Source: the human T2T-CHM13v2.0 reference genome, Homo sapiens
DNA length: 64,000 bases
Assembly (NCBI RefSeq): GCF_009914755.1
Contig: NC_060934.1
Strand: one strand, 5' to 3'
Shown here: positions 46,560 to 60,938 of the stretch, piece after piece
Position numbering within the stretch: position 1 is the stretch's first letter
How the letters are laid out: each line of letters opens with the position of its first letter
Notes under the pieces: generated by a model
Database searches by the model: none
Seen by the model: the letters and a program-made list of their open reading frames with translations, nothing else
What the model was told of the DNA's origin: nothing
Program-made: the position numbers and the translations under genes

Positions 46560-49300
46560 AGAAGTTCTTTATAAATCCCATGTTTTAGTAGTCCTTTGTC
46601 TAGTCCTTCCTTGATCAAAAATTTTCTGTCTCTACCTGTGTATCTATGTTCACCTATATAGTTAATGGTTTCAAACGTGTCTCTTTTTTTTGCCTTTTGT
46701 GACACATTTAAGAAATACTGCTTAACCTGATTTAATAAAATACATTTTCTTCTTCAGCTTACATGTTGGTTTTAAATAATCCTAAACCATTTAGAACTTG
46801 TTTTGGTCTGGTATAAAAGAAGGATTGACTTTTCCTGAAAGCACATTTATTGATTATTTTTCTCTTAAAGGCTCTATTGTGATACTATCTGTAGCTCCTT
46901 AGTTTAGACTCTCTAGAAAGCAAAGACTGGGCCAGGATTAAGGAGCTAACACTTTATTTGCAAAGTGCAAGCCAAGATAGAGTGAGAAAGAAAGGGTAGT
47001 GGGGTAAGGAAAGTGGGAAGCAAGCCATAGAGAGCATTGTCATTCAGGCTAATGCTGTTTCCCAGTAAACTCTGAGACAGAGTTCACTCCGACTTCCCTG
47101 GCAAGACTGAAAATAGACCCCTTAGACTTGTCTGCAGGAGAGAGGGAGAGGAAGAATACATGCCTGTGTACTTCCTTTCTCCTGTTGGGCCATGGGTCGA
47201 TGTCCATACCACACAGGGCTAACTTCCCTTAAACATCTGGGTTACATCCCAGCCTGTTAGCAATGTCTCGGGAAGCCAGATTCCATGCTCTGTGGTAGGT
47301 TTCATCCCCATTCAAAAAAGGGCAAACAGGTGGGGTGAGGGTGTCAATTGGCCCATCAAGACAGAAAAAAGGAAAAGGTCCAGGAATTCTGAGAAGGCAA
47401 ACAAGATTAATGTCCAATGCAGTCACATGTCAAGTTACCTTGTATGTTTGGATCTGTTTTTCAGCTATTCTATTTCAGTAGTCTATTAACCTATCTCTGG
47501 GGCAATGCCAAACTATTCTAATAATCACAGATTTACAGTAAATCAAATGTCGGGCAAGTCATCAGAAGCCTTGCTTTCTTATGGGTCACATACATTTTAG
47601 AATCAGTTTTTTTTTTAAGTTCCAGATAAGTAAAGCTATTTAATATTAGTTTATATTTTGAGAGAATCAACATATTTGTGATACAGAATCTTTATAGCCT
47701 TAAACATAATGTTTTGAGTCTTATTTTTAAACATCTGGAATATTTAGGTTAGATATATGCCCTGTGGGTTTTGTTGTAATTGGGAAGGATATTCCTTAAA
47801 CTCAATTGTTAAATTGGTTGTGTTGATATATTAGAACACTACTGATCGGCATAGGCTGATCTTTACCCAGCAAGCCTTCTAAACCCTTATTACATCTTCT
47901 GTATTTTACATATATTCTTTTGGATTTTCTTTCTAGACAATTCTATGTGAATAACAAATTAGATTGTTCATCCTTCACCTTTTTATATCCTTTACTGTTT
48001 TCTTTAATTGTTCTATCTGAAAACCTTCAGCACAACGTTGAATCAGTGTACTGATAGGAATCATTTTTACCTTATTTCTATATTCATTTGATCTGATGAC
48101 TTGTGATGTTTCACAGTTCAGGATTATTTTGATGTATTCTACTATCAGGGTAAGGCAGTTCCAGTTTATTCTATTATACGAAGATTCTGATTCTCATGAA
48201 TTGACTATTTTATCAAATGATCTTTCTGTATCTGTTAATATGCTCAAATATTTTCCATTTGGCCTATTAATGTGATGAATTACATTATATGGTTTTCTAA
48301 TATTTGAATGCATATCGGTAAGAAGTCTATATTTTTGTATTGAATTAAAAATATTTTAGCTGGATTTGGTTCTGGAAAAAATCTCATCCCTTCTAATGTT
48401 AATTATATTCTTTCTGTTCAATCCCTCAGAACAAACACTTAGCCTTCTTATTTTATCCTGCCTGGGTTTTTAAAAATATTTTTTTTTATTTCTATGGGTT
48501 TTTGGGGAACAGGTGGTATTTGGTAACATGAGTAAGTTCTTTATAACCACTGTCTGTTTCTTAATTTCTTAACCACATTCATATATTTTCTATCCCTTTA
48601 TAGTTCTATGCCTATTCTCAGTGATTTATGTCTGTCTCCAAGCTCATTAACATTTTCTTCAGCTATGTCAATCTGCTTTTAAAGTAATACATTCACTTTA
48701 AAACTTCAATGACTGCTTTCCATTTCTTGAAGCTCTCTTTGGTGCTTTTTCATATATGACTATTTCTCATTGTTTCATGATGGCCTCATTATGGTTTATT
48801 AGAGCTCTCTGGCAAACATAAACATTTTTATACTCTTTCAGATATTTTGTTATTGCTAGATCTTAGGGTTAAAAATCTCTCATGTATTATGTCTACTCAC
48901 TGCCCTTCCTGGTCGATGTTTTTCTAACTTGGTTTGTAATTTTCTTATAAGCTTATCTTCCATAGGCGTTATTTTTTTGTTTGTGTGTTCCACATGCTCT
49001 AGGTTATGTATCTCTTCAAATTATTTTGGTTTCTTCCTGATGTGGCTTTACATATGGCTGTTTTAAACTTGGTAGTATGTTAACTGTTTGACCTGGGATT
49101 TCCATGCCAATGTGAATATCAAGAGGGCATTATAAATACTGTTTGCATATCTGATGATGGTATTGGCTTGGGGTTGCAACTGGCATGGAGTCAATCTGTA
49201 AAATGATTTATTCATTTTTATTTTTTGTGTAAATCCCAAGGCACATAGCAATCCTTGTTACTGCTTCTCTGGGTTAATGGGAGATGTTTCTAGCTTGTTT
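46560..49300 (-). mobile_element. Very old L1M fragments, with a probable ERVL LTR at ~46890-47420 and a short L1PB 3' end at 48478-48543
   Basis: T-rich L1-like blocks. 'tttttggggaacaggtggtatttggtaacatgagtaagttcttta' matches the L1PB 3' terminus. Confidence 0.6.
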
Positions 49301-49984
49301 TTCATGGCCAAGTAAAATGTTTGAGGTTTTGTGAAGTGCTTAGTTATAGCTCTCTATCTTCTAAGACCTTAAGGATTTTGTAGCAACACCCCAGCCACCA
49401 TCTCCTTCATCTTGCATCTAAATCCTGCATAATATTAGACCAACACAGCATCAACTGAAGCTTATTACATTGTATTTGAGTTCTTTCTTCAATCGTCTTT
49501 GCCTTTTCTTATTTCTTGGCTACATATTTTAAATCAATGTGGTCATAATTTACCCATATTAAATGTATTTAAAGGGGGGAAAGAACAACTCCACCATTGC
49601 CAAAAGTCCTAGTCTAGCTGTTACTGCCCAACTTGTCTCATAATTTTGGATTTCCATGTATGAGCCTACTGTGTTTCCATTGCGTCTTAACTCTCTATTG
49701 TTTGTGAATGTTTCTGTCATCATCATGTCCAACATACATATTTCTGCCAGTAACTGCTAATCTTATAGCTTTTAATTGTTCACATCACTTTTCATTTTCT
49801 AAAAATACCTAAGTTTCTTGAAGCCAGGGACTGTGTATCATGCTTCTATAGCTTTCTGTCTTCCCATAGTAGTTCTTTAATTGATATCTGCTCCTCAAAT
49901 ATAATAAAAACAAGAATCCTAGAAAAGAGATACTCAAACTTTTTACATGTCAGAGAATATCCTAGAACTTTAACTATATGACAG

Positions 49985-50632
49985 CATTAATTGAACCCTC
50001 ACATGTAGAAGCCATGCAGTATGCTGTTCAGATATTCCTTCAGGAGAAAGCCCGTTGCAAGGAACGTGTTGGCTGATAGCCTTGACCTTCACATTGAAGT
50101 CGGGTCCCCCCAAGCAGCTCCCTGCCAAAGACCATAGCAGGGGTACAAGACCCTGGCCATTCCTGCCCACCACTGAGCTCCCTTGCTGGGCCATATGTGC
50201 TCTGGGGTTCTCACCAGCCTAGATGAGCCTTTCTCTGAGTTGCACTGCAGTCTGAGGCTCTTCTTATCTCATCCCTCCTCCTTCCTACTGCTCCCCATGT
50301 CTGCATCATAGTCTGAAATCCTTCTTCACTCACTTCTGTGATCTCTATCCCTTAAAAATCATTTATCTGATAGCATTTATGATTCTGTTGATCAAGACCA
50401 ATATCATGGATCCAAAGGAAGAAATGAAGACTGTAAGACCAGAAACACTTGCATGATGAGCTATGATAGATAGATCTAGAAATGGTTCATTTGGATAATC
50501 TTTCTTAGGCTGTCCCCTCTGCTTAGCATAAAGGCCCCATATCTGTAACCTTTACAGATGTTCCCATTAATACCTTCATTTCATATCCAATTACACCTGG
50601 CATCTGTTTCCCAGAGGATGCAAACTAGGCCA
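49985..50632 (+). mobile_element. LTR16A-like solo LTR split by a ~195-bp insert
   Basis: 'gggtacaagaccctggccattcctgccc', 'gttgcactgcagtctgaggctctt', end 'ctggcatctgtttcccagaggatgcaaactag'. Confidence 0.8.
50353..50545 (+). repeat. Dispersed direct repeat, copy inside the LTR (partner 51018-51210)
   Basis: Collinear with the partner, roughly 75-80% identical by eye. Confidence 0.9.
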
Positions 50633-50639
50633 TTGCCTC

Positions 50640-50772
50640 AACCTCTTCTTCAAATGAGGGAACCAGGGCTTTAAAAGATTAAGAGACATGTCAAGTTTAC
50701 ACAGTTATTCAGTCTAACAGTCCAAATTTGAAGCCAATTTTGTCTGACTACAAAGCCCACATATTTTACCAC
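50640..50772 (-). mobile_element. MIR
   Basis: 'caaatgagggaaccagggct..gattaagagacatgtcaagtttacacag..gtctgactacaaagccc'. Confidence 0.7.
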
Positions 50773-51017
50773 TACCTGGGAGAAAGTAAAAATAATGTTT
50801 CATGGAAATCAACGTCTTGCCATCTGAAAATGTTTAAGGATCACAGTGAAATCATTTTCCTCCTGCAGGGACCCACTTGCAGTATTTCCTGTTCAGAAGG
50901 GCTGAATACACAAGTGTTGGTCAGGAGGCAAATATTTAATTTCTATATTCTCTGATTTGTGAAAAATCAAAAGGGTAGCATTTGCTTCAGAGAGTCACAA
51001 GGAACCCAAATGGAACA

Positions 51018-51210
51018 TAAAAGTCCTTCACGTGATAGCATTCATGATTCTTTTGATAAAGGCCAATACAATGGATCCAAAGGAAGATGTGAATAGTGTA
51101 AGGTCAGAAACAGTTGCATATCAGCTACGATATATAGACCCAGAAATGTTTCATTTGGAAAAATTCTTCTTAGGCTGTATGTACTGCTTAGAATAAGGGA
51201 ACTATATTTG
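51018..51210 (+). repeat. Dispersed direct repeat, probable donor copy
   Basis: 'tgatagcattcatgattc..atggatccaaaggaaga..tcatttgga..tcttaggctgt..ctgcttag'. Confidence 0.9.
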
Positions 51211-51534
51211 ATTTTCAATACCAGTCTTAGATTACTCTATCTTTATGGTTTATTATATTGAATTGGAACATTTTGTTTATATAACTGCCTCCCTGCCCTC
51301 CTACTGCACAAACCTCATCCTCGATATGGACTCACCTATTCTAAAGTCTTTATGCCCTTGGGAGGCAGGGATAGAATTCTTTACTGTTGTACGCATGGAG
51401 CCCTGCAGTAGTGGGCATCCGATAAATACTTGTTAAAGGCTTTAAATAAATAGGAGATTTTATAACTGTTACAAAACTTTAAAAGACTGTCCAATGAAAG
51501 GAAATAAGTCTCTTTATACAATTACAACTAATTG

Positions 51535-51975
51535 TAAGATTAGTTGGAGTACAAGCTAAATGGCTATAACAAAGGCATCCTAAAACAGAGTAGACTGAAC
51601 AAGACTGAAGCTTATTTCTCTACCATCCCAAAGTAAAGACTCCAGGACTGATGGAATAGCCCTGCCACTTTGAGTATGTGGCTTTAATCTCAGAGTCAGA
51701 TAGCTCCTTTAGTCCGAGACATCTCTAGCCAGCAGTAAGGAAAAATTTGACGAGACAACGCACACTCAGTTGTTTTAATGGCAAGTCATGAATGTGGTGC
51801 ACATCACTTATTCTCCATCCACTTGCCTTAGTAGTCACATGGCCAACTTAGTCACATGGTCAGCCTTGCTCACTACGAAATATATCTTCAGCCTTGTGGT
51901 GATGTGTCAGTTAAATCTGTATTCCTGCAAGATTGCAAGAGAATGGCTATTTGGGCAAACAGCCGTGTGCTATAA
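51535..51975 (-). mobile_element. Old MLT1-type LTR
   Basis: 'gctataacaaa..taaaacagagtagactgaacaagac..ttatttctct', 'cacatcacttattctc..ttagtcacatggcc'. Confidence 0.6.
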
Positions 51976-52900
51976 CCATCTATAACAAACCACCTTCTAA
52001 CCAGAAGAACTGAATTAGAAACAAATAGGTCAGCAGTGAATTAGCAAGCTATCTATTACTGAATATATTTAAGCAGAAACATAATTATCATTTGCAAAGC
52101 AAAAATCTAACATCAATACTATTTTTCCCATTGGGAGGTTCAAAGAGATGACCATTAAACTCTCCACTATGTGATTTTATGATTTCATTTTATTTCTTAT
52201 ACATTGTAGAATATATTGTACTCAGTAGACACTTGGGCAGCCTGTTTCTTTTCACACTGTAAACTTTTTGAGGGTAAGGACAATGGCTGCCTTGAAGTCA
52301 GCCAGTACTTGGAAAATTACATGGGAGACAGTAGAAAAATAAGAGGTAAATATATTGTTGTTGAACAAATGAATTAATGACAATTAAAAATCATGGACTA
52401 GAAGCTAAAAAGACTAGGAAATGTACCCATGTTGCAATGGCAGGAAGTTTGGATTGACATTTAATACTTAAAATGCTCAGATTTTGTAATGCAGAATATT
52501 TTTACTAAATCTGTGAAAGATATTGCATAAACATGAAACAAATATATGTTGAGTGTATTTTTGGCATTTCTCAAAAGCTGATAGCAGTTATTTCTCTTAT
52601 AGAGTCACAGAAATGATGAATTTTTTTTTTTAGGTACAAAATGACTGTAAACTCATTGTTATACACTAGTATCCCTCACTTTAATTTGAATCTTTGTTCG
52701 GCTTATACATTCAAACAGTTATTATTTAAGTTAAAAGTTGTCCCAAATAAAATAAGTTAAAGTAATGTCAGTGTCCCTAGAGGAAAATGTTTTTAACCTT
52801 CTCTATGCAACTCAGTATCGGGAAATTAAAATTCTTATCACTTCTAAGACTTACAATGGGGGATTGGGTGGCAGAAAATAAATATTACCAATTGTATATT

Positions 52901-53110
52901 TTCTCTCTTTCTTCCACTCTCCCTCACTCCCTCCTTTTATCTCTCTCTCTATCTCTCTCACACACAAACACACACACACTCCTCTCTCACACACACACAC
53001 TCCTCTCTCTCACACACGCACAAACTCTCTCTCTTCCCCCCTCCCAACTCTCTCTTCTTCTCCCTCTTTTTCTCCTGTCTCTCTCTCCCTCCCCTTTATT
53101 CTCTCCACCC
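52901..53110 (+). repeat. CT/CA-rich low-complexity pyrimidine tract
   Basis: Direct inspection. Confidence 0.9.
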
Positions 53111-53271
53111 CTATGGATCCCCTTCTATTTATCCTATTTGTATGTTCTCTGTAAACCTTCCCTAGGATTATTACCCTATCTTAATTTATTCCTCAAGCCT
53201 GTTTTGGTCAAGTACCCTCTATCCCCAAAGAGAGCACTGACAGGCTATACAGGATATAGAAATCACATGGA

Positions 53272-53587
<316 letters not shown>

Positions 53588-56061
53588 TCACACGGAGAAG
53601 CAAGGTAAAGATGAAATCGATGTAAAGGGAAATAATGTCAATTCTTCCATATTTAATAACAGACACAGTCATCCAGAAACAATGTTATAGGTAGATCTCT
53701 TGTTAAATTTTGACTAAGCATATTATAGTGTATCGTATACTCATATATAAATACATGTATGATTATTATATTAGTTATAACTCACATGCTATCTGTTATT
53801 CTAGGTGCAGAAGAAAACCATCTCTATGATATTTTATGAAAAATGCATTCTCTGCACAAGTAATAATATCAAAGACTCAGATACAACCCAGAGCAGCAAT
53901 TCTGATTTTTACACCAAAATCTGTTTAAGATTTTTAAATGACGTGTCTCTTCCAGAAGAATAGGGTATTTGCTCATATATGAGTAATGCTGAATAGTTTT
54001 TGGAGAGGTCTCTTGTGAAAAGTTAGAGGATTACTTTGATGTCAGTATCATTCTGAGCAGTAGATGAAATCAGAGAGCAGAACCCATCATCCCATGATAG
54101 ATGGGGAGGCTACTTATGGCCTAGTGAGTAGATAAATTGGTTACATCATTTAATGTGCACCACTGATGTCCCAAGTCACTGTTCAGAGATACCCTATTAT
54201 TCACCACGCAAACTTGACTTCCACACTTATTTAACATTACCCTACTAAGACCAACACTTTACTTTTGTCAGACTTGACCCATTAGTTTGATAATTCCCAG
54301 ATAAATCAATGGCAGAGGCACATGCATCATGAAGATTTGCTCTCACATATAATCTGCAAGGATTGCTTGTGTCTAAAAGCAACATCCCGCTGCCTGTCCA
54401 TGTGTAGTATCTGCCGCTACTATAAAACATTTCCTAGGACTGCAGGTTGGCCTTACACATCCAGCTGTCAATTAATAATGTGACCTTAGCTAAATGATTT
54501 AATTTTCCTGAACTCATTTATTTCTCCATATGAAGAGGGAGTAGAAATAAGTGATCTATAAAGTTTCTTCCAACTGTTCCATTCCTTAAAGGACCCTCCA
54601 TTCCAGGGGCCATGAAGCAGGTCACATGTGATACAACCTCATTATTCACTGCAGTTGCATTCATTTCTGATGAATGAAATAAGAGTTAGAAGGATATTTT
54701 TCTCTTCTCCTGCAGTCTCCAACAATGGTTGTGATTTGGCATTGTGTAGAAATACAACAAAGGCAAACCCTCTTAGACATAGCCTACAACGGGGTGCAGG
54801 ACAGCAGCTTCTCACTCTGGAATTCTCTAAAACTATAGATAAGCCCCATCCCACTCCTCCCTCTTCATTAAGATGTCCCACCTTTATACTCCCAGACAAC
54901 CTGTCCCTTGATCTTAGCCTCAGTCACACTGCAGAGTAATTTTTATGTTGTTTTCCTTCTTCTGGGTCAGACTGTGAACCCTATGCAAGCAGGAAACATG
55001 CTTTTGTGGAATTTTTTCCCAATGTGAATAAACTCTGTTGCTTACCTTCCAATAACCTCTTTAATGATCTCTTTAATGAATGATTTTATGTCACTAGTTA
55101 TCAACCATGACTGAATGGGGGCCAGGCAGCCCACAGCTCATAGTCTGTTCTGAGTTTCCATTCCTAAAGAGGAAAATTCCATTGGCATGATTCAACTTCA
55201 AAGTTCTGCATTTGATACCTCTGGCCAGCTAGCTATTATTCTTGACCCAGTACGCTGTGTTTGAGATGGCAAAGAGAATGAGTCTTACATTTGTTCCTTT
55301 AAAATAGTGGATACATACACTACATATTGTAGTTTCTTGCAACTAAAAGAATAATGGGGTTACATCACATGTGACCCATTTTATGACCTTTGGGATGATG
55401 GGTCCTTCAGCAAAAGCAAAAGGTAAGTAATGAGATTAAAAAGATAAGGAAATACATATGTGACCTGCCCTCAAGTAGTAGATAGTCTAGTTGTACGTTT
55501 TGTTATCTATTGCCCACTTATTAGGAGCAAGGATTCTTCCAGAGAGTGAGGAAGGGCCAGAGACCCCTGAATTGCTTCTGGCTCAGTAAGAATTTCTATT
55601 ATTTGGGGGATATATTTTTTCCCCTAAAGCCTTCTAAAAGTAGGCTAGATTTCAGCGTCCTAACTGAAAAAATGCCCAACCCATATCCAGCATCCTGAAA
55701 CCTGAAGCAAGTGGAATGGTAAGCCTCGTGGGAAAGATAACTCCAGGAGTGCCGGGTCTAACAGAATAGCATCAATGAGAGCCTGGTACTGAATTGCAGT
55801 TCAGTAGTTCAGTTGTGCTTACAAAGCACAACTATTGAAGAGAACACTGGAGGTAAGAGACAGCTCTCAACAGGACACGTAACTCAAAATCACAGAATGT
55901 GAGAACCAAAAGGGACTGATAGTTTACTTAGAAATGCCATGCAGTTGGAGGAAAATTAAGAAGGATTGTAATTGGGTCTTTCACCTGAGGTCTCCGAAGA
56001 CCACTGAGGCAAATATACATATTGCATACTCAGTTTTTTTGTTGACATGTTTGCAATATAA

Positions 56062-56361
<300 letters not shown>

Positions 56362-57464
56362 TGAAATTCTTTTATTTTTATATTTCTTATGAATTTATTT
56401 TGTAGCTAATAAAATTAAGTGACACAGACAAGGAATTACAAAATATCCAAGTCACCACACCAATTTATGTGAGAATGAGATTAAAATTCTGTCCTCTTTC
56501 CACTAAGGTACTTTGTCCTACTTATATTTTGTTATACCAAGGACAAAAAAAAAAGTTTCTTTTTCAAATATTTGCTTGGCAGTTAGACCTATAATTGGAG
56601 TAGAAGACACAATATTCATACAATTCCTTGGAGTTAAGAAATGAGGTATTCAACTTCTATTTTTTTATTTCTGGTCAAGCCATTCATTTTCCTGGGAGAA
56701 TTCTAAAGTCAAATTCCATCTAAAATATTATTAACTTGCCAGTTGGTTCTGAGAAATAAGTTTTTAAGCAATTTGACTCAGAGCATGTTCCCACGACAGA
56801 GCACTGTCCCCGACCAAAGGTGGTCACCTACTCAAATTCCTGATATCTGGAAGCTAACACACCTGCCCCAGTTTCTCTTGAGACCAGGTTTCTACCGTGC
56901 CATGTGGTGCAAAAATTGGATATTTCATTCTCTGCAACATGATCCTTTAGATAAAATTCTGAAAGTCTTTCTTTTTCTTCCTTTTTCTTACACAAGTCCT
57001 TGCTTCGCTCTTGTTAGTCTTGTCAATTTCTGACATTATCCGTTTTGGGACACTCTTCCTACCATCATTGCACCAAAGGAAAGAGGTTTGTTTGTGCAAA
57101 GCTGAATCTGTGCATGCCTCGCAGTGGTGCCTGAACGTTCTCTCTCTCATTCATATAAAGTACCCAAGTATTTCCCTTACTATCAAAAATCAGTCCAACT
57201 GGGGAATATCAGACAATATGTTTGTGCAGAAAATGATTAAAATTCAAATGATTGCTTGAATGATATAAATAAATTCAAAATTATGGTCTTACTACATTTA
57301 TTGAGCTATATAAATGTGTATCTAGTAAAAATACTTCAACAATTCTTCCTTCAAGTATAGAGGCCTTCTTATTTCCCTTTACATTCTATAACAAAACTCA
57401 TTAGGTATAGTTTCTGTTATAATATCTTTTTAAACTACACTGGCAGCCTATCAGTTCATCCTCT

Positions 57465-57808
57465 TCTTTCCTTTTCTTTTCTTTTTTTTTCTTTTTTCTT
57501 TCTTTTTTTTTTTTTTTTTAAGACAGGGTCTCACTCTGTTGCCCAAGCTGGAGTGCAGTGGTATGACCATGGCTCACTGCAGCCTTGAACTCATGGGCTC
57601 AGGCAATACTCCCACCTTGGCCACAAAGCAGCTGGGACTACAGGTGCATACCACCATGCCCAGCTAATTTTTTTTTTTTTGTATTTTTTGTAGAGATATT
57701 GTTTTGCCATGTTGCCGATGCTGGTCTTAAATTCCTGGGCTTATGCCACCTGCCCACCTCGGCCTCCCAAAGTGCTGAGATTACAGGCGTGAGCCACTGC
57801 ACCTGGCC
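57465..57808 (-). mobile_element. AluJ
   Basis: 'cactgcagccttgaactcatgggctcagg', long T/C tail. Confidence 0.92.
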
Positions 57809-58745
57809 TTTATTCTCCTTTAAACCATTAACATGTGTCTCTCTTAAATAGGCTTAAAATCACAAAGAGGGTTCAACAGGAGATATCAGGGGCTAAAAAA
57901 TAGTCAGGAAAGGTCTTTCCTTTTAATGTACCTATAAATCATTCTGAACTTTCTACAATAGCAGTAAAAGAGATCACCCTCAATCTCTGTGACAGGCCTT
58001 TTTAACCCCTGCATCCAGTAACTACCCATTCATCTAAGGAAGAGTGAGGAAAGGAGGTAAACACTTCTCAACTATGCCACGGAATGAGAAGAGTAAAAAA
58101 TTAACAGCGAAATGAAACTACCAGAAACTTACGGAAAAATACACTTAATATAGGAGACATGACTTTCACATTATAGTCAGGTACAAGAAAAGGATACCTA
58201 TTTTCACCCTAAGTACTGTATATTTTACTTACAATAATACAAAACATTATAAAATGATATTTTAAATTATAACTTTAGAGATAATACTGATATTTCTATG
58301 ATTGCATACATATAGGCAATTCACTACTGGACAAATGATTTTCAAAGAGTATTCAGTAAGGTGACTGGACGCAAGATCAATTTTAAAAAACCAATAGCTT
58401 TCTTTATTACAGCAAATCAATTAAAATATATAAAGAAACATAACAGTAAAAAATTATAAAATACATGAGCATAATCATGATGTCAAAAAATGTGCAAGAC
58501 CTTTATTTAAACACCCACATAATATGACCTGAGAGTATAAAATAATATTTGATTACGTAGAAAGAGAAAATGCCCATGGTTTGGAAAATATGATGTTTAT
58601 AAGGTTTTAATATTTTCGAATTATACTAGGAATGCAATGCCATTCAATTCAAAAATTCCAAAACTTGTTCATGATATTGAAAAGATGAGTCAAATTTTAT
58701 ATGGATTATTAAATGTGAAAAGCTAATCAAGAAGATTTTACAAAC

Positions 58746-59069
<324 letters not shown>

Positions 59070-59701
59070 CTATAGTATTTGTAGCTATGATAAAGCGTAG
59101 TATTTGTGCAGTAGACAAGTACATCATTGGACCAAAATAGGTATTTCACAGGTAGCTGCAGCATTTATGGGAAACTGAAATATAAAAATGATCCCATTTC
59201 AAATTACTAAGTGACAATGGCCTAGTCAATAAAATGCATTAAGACAATTGATTATTTAAGATGAGGAAAATACATAATTTTATGTTGTTTTTCCAAAGAC
59301 AAAATAAACTTCAGCTAGAACTAAATTCGAAAATAAGAAAAATAAGGCAGCTATGAGATTATGAGAAGAAAATATGGGATATTCACAACATGAAAATGAC
59401 AAGGAAAAGACTGATACATTTTTTTCATTGCTTGTCTTCCCTAATCAATTTGGTATATTTAATGGTATCAAAATATAAACATCTTTGTAACAAAATATGC
59501 CATAAGTATAATTAAAATATAAGAAATACACTGGAAGAAAATATTTTATAACATATAAAGCAGATAATATTGAGAATTTGTAAGTTAATAAATGTATGTC
59601 TGTTAATTATACAGGAAAGATATGTAAATTAATGAACCTGTGAAACAGTACATTAGCAAACAGAGTAGATATATAGAAAAGCAAATAATAGAAGAGATTT
59701 A

Positions 59702-60015
<314 letters not shown>

Positions 60016-60633
60016 GACAAAAACTATCCTCAACTAAACAGACCATCAAAGACATGCAAGAAAAATAAAATCATACAGTAACATTTGCAAAAATGGAGAA
60101 TAAATGAAGTTTTATAGAAATGAATCTACATTATGAAATACTGTGCTTCATAGCTTTAAAGAGTGAAGTACGTTTCCACATTCAGACATGAAAAGATCTC
60201 AAGGGCAAATAATTTAATCTCTAACAGATCAGATCCCATATATTCTGTGTGAAACTTTTTTCTACTACATATTACACTAGAAACATGAACCAAAAAATGC
60301 TGGAGCTCCGAGGAATGATTTTATCTGGAGAGGATGACACATGTGACCCTGCAGCCAGTCCCTAAAATATGACTGAATATTTGACAGTAAGAAAAGTGGT
60401 GAATAGATCTTTTCAGAACAGGATATAGTCTGTTCCAAACTTCTCACAATTACATTCCAGTCTTCTTTGTCAACCCCACCAGTTTATCTGTGATCAGTCC
60501 CCAATCACCCACTTCACCTGGGCGGAGCTCTTTGATGCCATCTTGCCTTGTACCAATCTGTTCTTCTCTACTAACATCTCCTCCATTCTCCCCTCAGTCT
60601 CTCCCTTTCCGTTTGCCCAGCTAATTCCTTCTT

Positions 60634-60938
60634 CTTTTTTCTTTTTTCTTTTTTTTTTTGAGACAGAGTCTTGCTGTATCACCCAGGCTGGAGTGCAGTG
60701 GCAGAATCTAGGCTTACTGCAACCTCCGTCTCCCGGGTTCAAGCGATTCTCCTGCCTCAGCCTCTTGAGTAGATGGGACTACAGGCGCCCGCCACCATGC
60801 CTGGCTAATTTTTGTATTTTTAGTAGACGCAGGATTTGACCATATTGGCCAAGCTGGTCTCGAACTCCTGACCTCGTGATCCACCCACCTTGGCCTCCCA
60901 AAGTGCTGGGATTACAGGTGTGAACCAGAGCACCCAGC
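60634..60938 (-). mobile_element. AluS
   Basis: TSD ttgcccag(c)taattccttctt. Confidence 0.95.

Noticed and set aside
53790-53870. Possible small exon (ttattctag|GTGCAG...CAA|gtaata)
   Set aside because: Weak splice signals, stop codons and no supporting neighbouring exons.
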